Below are positions 34,858 to 39,196 of a stretch of 39,196 bases of DNA, piece by piece. The stretch's first letter is position 1. Each line of letters starts with the position of its first letter. The notes below the pieces were generated by a model. That model did no database searches. It had not been told where the DNA came from and saw only the letters and a list, made by a program, of their open reading frames with translations. Position numbers and translations under genes: made by a program. Source of the DNA: a virus (Duplodnaviria > Caudoviricetes); the IMG/VR virus record IMGVR_UViG_3300027640_000008, positions 1-39,196 of that record. One strand, 5' to 3'.

Positions 34858-35060
34858 CGGTCTGCGCTCGGACCGGGGATGGGGTTCAGTAGCGCCTCAA
34901 CGTCGGCAACGCGGAAGCGGATGTGCTTGGTGCCGATCCGGTAGGCGGGGATCTTGCCCTCAAGGACGTAGCGCCGCAGCGTGCGGTCGGTGATCTTGAG
35001 GTACTCGCTGACCTCTTTGGCCGTCGCGAATGTGTCGGGTTCCAAGGGCTGCTGCCGCAT
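34854..35060 (-). CDS. excisionase-like (MerR-type HTH) protein
   Basis: TAKEVSEYLKITDRTLRRYVLEGKIPAYRIG..IRF. Confidence 0.85.
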   Translation of the reverse strand: MRQQPLEPDTFATAKEVSEYLKITDRTLRRYVLEGKIPAYRIGTKHIRFRVADVEALLNPIPGPSADR

Positions 35061-35080
35061 GGCGAGACTTCCTCTCGGTT

Positions 35081-35281
35081 CTAGCGTTCGGTGGTGGGTT
35101 GGTTGGCGAGCCGGCGTGGGGGTGTGTCCCCTTCGTCGACCAGGTGCAACACGGCGGCGAGGTCACGCCCACCCAGGACGGTCGCCGCGATACCAGCACC
35201 CGCGATGTGCACTTCCTGCGCTTCCATCTGCGACAACACGGCCCGCAACGGTGGGGACGACCACTCCCACGGGCGACTCAT
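35081..35281 (-). CDS. hypothetical protein
   Basis: ATGA overlap. Confidence 0.45.
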   Translation of the reverse strand: MSRPWEWSSPPLRAVLSQMEAQEVHIAGAGIAATVLGGRDLAAVLHLVDEGDTPPRRLANQPTTER

Positions 35282-35517
35282 CGCGCGTCCAAGGCATCAG
35301 TGATGGCGGCGTCGAACTCTCGCCACGGGTCCTCGGGGTGAGGGAACTCGCCAGCCTCGACACGGGCCGCAATGTCCAGCACGGCCCGGAGCGCGGCGGT
35401 CAGGGCGGGGATGTCCTGGCGAAGAAGGTGGCCCGTGGAAGCCCCAGCCCACATGCCATGGTCGGCAACCGATGAAGCCCGCGCTTCGATCTCGTCCAAC
35501 CGGTCGGTGGCGGTCAT
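35278..35517 (-). CDS. hypothetical protein
   Basis: RLDEIEARA...DIPALTAALRAVL motif. Confidence 0.6.
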   Translation of the reverse strand: MTATDRLDEIEARASSVADHGMWAGASTGHLLRQDIPALTAALRAVLDIAARVEAGEFPHPEDPWREFDAAITDALDAR

Positions 35518-35675
35518 CGGGCACCGCCGAGCGTGTCCCCGGCCACACGGTGACCCTCCACACACAACGCCCGCGACACGTCCAGTGCGACCTGCGCGCG
35601 CCCCTCAGCCGCACCCAACCGGAACGCCTCAAACGGGGTCAGGGAGGCCGTCGGGACGTACGGGCCGGGGGTCAC
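35514..35675 (-). CDS. hypothetical protein
   Basis: GAGGAG RBS; GTG start. Confidence 0.5.
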   Translation of the reverse strand: MTPGPYVPTASLTPFEAFRLGAAEGRAQVALDVSRALCVEGHRVAGDTLGGAR

Positions 35676-35905
35676 GACGCACGCTCCTCGGCGGCGATGC
35701 GGATGGTCAGGTATGCGTCGGGGTCGGCGTCGGCCGGGCCGCTGTCGCCTGCTGCGCGCCACGTCGGCTTGGTGAGCGCCGACTCGACCAGCGCGCCGAG
35801 AGTCGTGTCAGGGCTCACGTCCAGCGAGCGCGTGACGTCCTGCGCGTGGTCGCCCATGTTGACGCCCTGACGGGTCAGCAGGACGTTGATCGTGCGCGCG
35901 CTCAT
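35672..35905 (-). CDS. hypothetical protein
   Basis: Operon coupling. Confidence 0.55.
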   Translation of the reverse strand: MSARTINVLLTRQGVNMGDHAQDVTRSLDVSPDTTLGALVESALTKPTWRAAGDSGPADADPDAYLTIRIAAEERAS

Positions 35906-36054
35906 GCGGCTGCCCTCGGCGCGTACACGGTGTCGTCCGTTTCGCCCGCATGCAACGCCGGGGCGAACTCAGGGGCAGGACCACCCGCGAAACACGCGCA
36001 CGGACCATCCGTGTGCACCAGGCGACGACCCGGGTGAGCGACGCACGGGGTCAT
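35902..36054 (-). CDS. small hypothetical protein
   Basis: ATGA overlaps on both sides. Confidence 0.45.
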   Translation of the reverse strand: MTPCVAHPGRRLVHTDGPCACFAGGPAPEFAPALHAGETDDTVYAPRAAA

Positions 36055-36281
36055 CGCGCACCAGCCTTGGACCGTCCCGACCGTGCGAACGGGTCAGGGT
36101 CCACCATCTGCCGGGCCAGGTACGTGTCCAGGCACTCTTGCGTGTACCGGACGAACCGGCCCATGCGGATGTGGGGGATTTCGTCGCGGTGTTCCTTCAC
36201 CCACGACAGGGGACGACCGAGCCGACGCGCAGCCTCAGCCCGGTCAAACGGTGGTTCGGGGGTCGGGGTCTGGGTGCTCAT
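36051..36281 (-). CDS. excisionase-like HTH protein
   Basis: EAARRLGRPLSWV...IPHIRMGRFVRY. Confidence 0.75.
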   Translation of the reverse strand: MSTQTPTPEPPFDRAEAARRLGRPLSWVKEHRDEIPHIRMGRFVRYTQECLDTYLARQMVDPDPFARSGRSKAGAR

Positions 36282-36577
36282 GCTGGGACCCCCGTGGCGT
36301 TGCGCACGCGCGGCTCGTAGTCCGTGTGGATCGAGTCCTCACGGAGCCCGTAGGCGAGGGCCAGCGCCTTGAGCATCGACTCCGATGCGCCCCGGTGTCC
36401 GTTCTCTATGGCGGACAGGGCGCCCTTGGTGGGTCGGTGCTCTTCGCCGACGATCTCCGCCACGCGGTCTGCGAGCTGGTCGAGGGTGAGCCCGACGGCT
36501 GCGCGGAGGTCACCGAGGGTGACGTGCGGGGGGGTGATTCGTGGCCGTTGCTTGTCATAGCGGGTCGTCTTCGGCAT
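36278..36577 (-). CDS. Cro-like XRE-family HTH regulator
   Basis: LGDLRAAVGLTLDQLA...LSAIENG; first early gene. Confidence 0.8.
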   Translation of the reverse strand: MPKTTRYDKQRPRITPPHVTLGDLRAAVGLTLDQLADRVAEIVGEEHRPTKGALSAIENGHRGASESMLKALALAYGLREDSIHTDYEPRVRNATGVPA

Positions 36578-36743
36578 GCCTTGACTCTAAGGCAAACCGC
36601 AGGCAGACGCAAGGAGCGACACGGGCAAACGTTCCTGACCAGCACTGATCTTGGGTTATCCACAGACGGGCAGGTGAAACTACATCCGTAGCGTTTGCCG
36701 TGTGCCGCTTGGGTTTGCCAAAGGTTTGGGGGAGACTCAAGGC
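36578..36743. promoter_or_regulatory. divergent lysis/lysogeny switch with GGCAAAC operators
   Basis: Minus strand TTGCGT-N17-TAGAGT (leaderless); GGCAAAC at 36591 and 36624; GTTTGCC at 36693 and 36713. Confidence 0.7.
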
Positions 36744-37181
36744 ATGTCAGCCAAGCGCTTCGGGCAGATCGTCACAGCCCGCCGTGAACAACTCGACCTC
36801 ACGCAGATCGACGTGTGGCAACGGGGCGGGCCGTCGAACTCCACGCTGACCGCGATCGAGGCCGGGACGGGCAAGCCGTCACCGTCCACGTTCCGCAAGC
36901 TTGACAGGGCCCTTGAGTGGGTGCCCGGGTCCGCGCGTCGCGCGTTCGACGGCGAGGACCCCTCGCCCCTCGCGGGTACGCCGGCAGCGCCGCCCAACGT
37001 CGAGCACCTGACCGACGACCAACTGATCGACGCACTACGAGAGAGGATGCGACGTTATGCCGCGAGCGCCACCAACACCCGGGACGGCAGGGCCGTCGAG
37101 GTTGCCCCTACATCTGAGGTACTGACGCAGTTACCGTCGAGAACAGGTCATCGGCAACCCGGCCCTGATCCTCCGGGGTGA
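36744..37181 (+). CDS. immunity repressor (CI-like XRE HTH)
   Basis: RFGQIVTARREQLDLTQ...GGPSNSTLTAIE...TFRKLDRALEW.PGS; divergent from cro. Confidence 0.85.
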   Translation: MSAKRFGQIVTARREQLDLTQIDVWQRGGPSNSTLTAIEAGTGKPSPSTFRKLDRALEWVPGSARRAFDGEDPSPLAGTPAAPPNVEHLTDDQLIDALRERMRRYAASATNTRDGRAVEVAPTSEVLTQLPSRTGHRQPGPDPPG

Positions 37182-37302
37182 GCCCTGCCCGGACGAACGC
37201 CCAGTCCCGGTCGCGCACGTACAGGGCCGGGACCGTAAACCCTTCGACCTCGAACACCTCCGTGCCTAGCCTGCGTACTAGGTCGTACGGTCCCGCGTCC
37301 AT
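37108..37302 (-). CDS. small protein resembling the ImmA/IrrE N-terminal fold, without HEXXH
   Basis: GGAGGG RBS; LVRRLGTEVFEV...ALYV...AFVRAGLT. Confidence 0.55.
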   Translation of the reverse strand: MDAGPYDLVRRLGTEVFEVEGFTVPALYVRDRDWAFVRAGLTPEDQGRVADDLFSTVTASVPQM

Positions 37303-37369
37303 GCCTGGCCCACTTCCCTCCACAGTGAGCGGGCGCGGGCCGTCAGTAGCCCGTGCGTCGCATTTCGGC

Positions 37370-37392
37370 AGTATGACCGCTGTCACTGACAC
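37370..37392 (-). promoter_or_regulatory. RecA-NDp (PafBC-type) DNA-damage promoter candidate
   Basis: gTGTCAGTG-N8-CATACT versus consensus tTGTCRgtg-N8-TAnnnT. Confidence 0.55.
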
Positions 37393-37478
37393 GTTGACAA
37401 TCCCTGACGGGTAACGATCATGGCCGTGGGGGAAACTTCACCCGCTCGGTCGCGTCATGGCGCGTGCCGTACCTGTGT

Positions 37479-38603
37479 CTAGTCGGCGGTGATCAAGGCT
37501 GGGGGTGCGGTAATCCCCATGTCTGCGAGTGCGGCGGCGCGGGTTTGGGCGTCGTGGGCGAGGTGCCCGTACGTGTCGGCGGTGACTTTGATGGACGCGT
37601 GGCCGAGGCGCCGGGAGAGGTCGTTGAGGGGGTAGTTGCGGGCCATCATCCATGACGCATGGGCGTGACGTAGGTCGTGCACACGTGGGCGCTTCGTGAT
37701 CCCGGACGCCTTGACCCACTTGCGCCATCGGGCGTTGACCATGCGGGCGGTGATGGGTCGGCCTTCGAACTCGAACAGCCACGCGGTTGGGTCGCGTCCG
37801 TCGGTGAGGGGCTCGAGGTGTGCTGCGAGGTCGGATCCGATGCCGACGGTGCGTGACCCGCGGGCGGTTTTGGGTGCGCCGAGGATCTGATCTGAGCCAC
37901 CTGTGAACTCCCAGCCGCGGGACACGGTGATGGTGGGTGGGACGCGGCCGAGGTCAACGTCCCCGACCCTGAGCGCGGTGGCTTCACCGATGCGGATGCC
38001 CGTGCCGGCCAACGTGACGAGGATGGGCTGCCAGGGTTGGGGGGCTTGGGTGAGGATGGCTTGGAACTCTGGGACGGTGAGGAACACGGCTTCACGTTTC
38101 CGTTGCGTCTTGGCGACCTTGGCACCACGGGCGGGGTTGCGGACCATGAGCTCGTCGTCGACGGCGCGGACGAACGCGGCGGACAGGAACGCTTGCCGGT
38201 CGCGGATCGTCTTGGAGGATAGGCCCGCAGCTTCGAGGTCGCGGATCCATCGGGCGACGTCTTCGCGGGTGACGGCGGTGAGGGGGAGTGATCCGATGGG
38301 GTGGGCGGCGAGGGTGTCAGTGAGGCGTTCGTATTTGCGGCGGGTGCCTGTGGTGATCCCGGAGAGGGCGGCGGTGTGTGCGGCGGCTTGTTCGGTGACG
38401 GTGCGCCCGGTGTCTTGTCCTGGTCGGCGGGTGTCGAGGATGCGCATGGCTGTGGTGATGCCGTGCCGGTCGACGTCGGCTTTGAACCGTGTGGCGGCTT
38501 TGGCGGTGTCGAACGTTTCGGAGGTTTGCTTGCCGTTGAGCCGGAACAGCACGGAGTAGGTCTGGGTGCCGTCCTTGAGTGTCCGGGTGCGGAGGGTAGC
38601 CAT
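37479..38603 (-). CDS. int: tyrosine integrase
   Basis: TGIRIGE, PKT, HDLRH, LGH, TADTYGH catalytic motifs. Confidence 0.95.
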   Translation of the reverse strand: MATLRTRTLKDGTQTYSVLFRLNGKQTSETFDTAKAATRFKADVDRHGITTAMRILDTRRPGQDTGRTVTEQAAAHTAALSGITTGTRRKYERLTDTLAAHPIGSLPLTAVTREDVARWIRDLEAAGLSSKTIRDRQAFLSAAFVRAVDDELMVRNPARGAKVAKTQRKREAVFLTVPEFQAILTQAPQPWQPILVTLAGTGIRIGEATALRVGDVDLGRVPPTITVSRGWEFTGGSDQILGAPKTARGSRTVGIGSDLAAHLEPLTDGRDPTAWLFEFEGRPITARMVNARWRKWVKASGITKRPRVHDLRHAHASWMMARNYPLNDLSRRLGHASIKVTADTYGHLAHDAQTRAAALADMGITAPPALITAD

Positions 38604-38605
38604 CG

Positions 38606-38752
38606 TCAGTCTTCCGGAACCTTCCCCCACGCGAGGATCGGCACGTCTGTCCCGAACGCATCGGCTAGGAGGTAGTCGGACTCTCGGTACACGACGAGGT
38701 ATCCGCCGGGCGGCAACTCTGGCTCCGGTGATGGTCCGTAGGTTTCGCTCAC
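38606..38752 (-). CDS. small acidic ORF upstream of the integrase (48 aa)
   Basis: GGGAGG RBS; MSETYGPSPEPELPPGGYLVVYRES...; stop 2 nt before the int ATG. Confidence 0.45.
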   Translation of the reverse strand: MSETYGPSPEPELPPGGYLVVYRESDYLLADAFGTDVPILAWGKVPED

Positions 38753-38764
38753 GTCGCGCCTCCC

Positions 38765-38965
38765 GATGTTGACCACGTCAACACTTACCCCGGTTTTCGG
38801 GGGTCCGTGGGCTGATCTTGCCTCACCCTAGTTTACCCCCTTGACCTGGGGTTTCGTCCATTCTAGCAGGTCAGGACTAGGGTGTTTCACGGAGGGGAGT
38901 ACTCCCGCACTTCCGCAGGTCAGGGCCATATTCGGACCCCTGGTCAACACCCGCAGTCAACATCT
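38765..38965. other. putative attP with arm-type sites
   Basis: GTCAACA/TGTTGAC at 38767, 38777, 38943, 38956; TGACCTG/CAGGTCA at 38842, 38867, 38916; non-coding and adjacent to int. Confidence 0.6.
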
Positions 38966-39013
38966 ACCCAGCCCGACCCCTGACCGACGCCCGGACGATG
39001 ACCCGCCACTACA

Positions 39014-39071
39014 CGCCCGCACCCTTGTTCCCGCGTCTACTAGCCGCCGGGGTTGTGCGCGGGTTGCGGGG
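39014..39071 (+). repeat. 58-bp direct repeat, copy B
   Basis: 57/58 identical to 887-944. Confidence 0.95.
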
Positions 39072-39091
39072 CTGAAACTGGTGCCCACGTC

Positions 39092-39120
39092 TTGCGCATA
39101 CACGGTTATCCGTGTATAGT
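39092..39120 (+). promoter_or_regulatory. strong sigmaA-type promoter with palindromic operator
   Basis: TTGCGC-N17-TATAGT; ATACACGG-TTAT-CCGTGTAT at 39098-39117. Confidence 0.8.
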
Positions 39121-39162
39121 AGAGACATCAGCAAGGGACAGACCAAGACTCAGGAGCCGAAA

Positions 39163-39196
39163 ATGACCGCCATCACCGTCCTCACCGAAAGCATCC
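39163..39196 (+). CDS. 5' end of a small hypothetical protein (partial)
   Basis: CAGGAG RBS; MTAITVLTESI... Confidence 0.65.
   Translation, partial: MTAITVLTESI

Noticed and set aside
37394-37420. Plus-strand promoter from the perfect TTGACA
   Set aside because: No TAnnnT at 16-19 bp spacing and no downstream gene; the minus-strand RecA-NDp reading fits better.

Overview
The window is a near-complete (~39.2 kb), high-GC temperate siphovirus genome of an actinobacterial host, in excised/virion form: the putative attP region is intact and no host DNA is visible. Most genes are on the minus strand. In gene order: tyrosine integrase and attP; a divergent CI/Cro switch; an early operon (Xis-like HTHs, YqaJ exonuclease, putative annealing protein, ASCH, WhiB, Holliday junction resolvase, replication initiator); a late promoter with a long structured non-coding leader; HNH/TerS/TerL, HK97-type portal, protease and capsid; tail genes with a -1 frameshift chaperone, tape measure, FN3 and CBM-containing minor tail proteins; M15 endolysin, holin and a metallophosphoesterase. 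Plus-strand accessory cassettes lie between the late genes and attP and inside the operons. The most notable unexplained signals are: (1) an apparent 57-bp intragenic inversion in the metallophosphoesterase; (2) 58-bp hairpin-like direct repeats heading promoter/operator + small ORF + HTH/RHH cassettes (acr-aca-like layout); (3) a RecA-NDp/PafBC-type DNA-damage promoter driving an ImmA-like mini-gene antisense to the repressor; (4) an array of structured RNA domains in the late leader; (5) an Acb2/Tad1-like candidate. All family assignments come from motif recognition by eye; no database searches were run.
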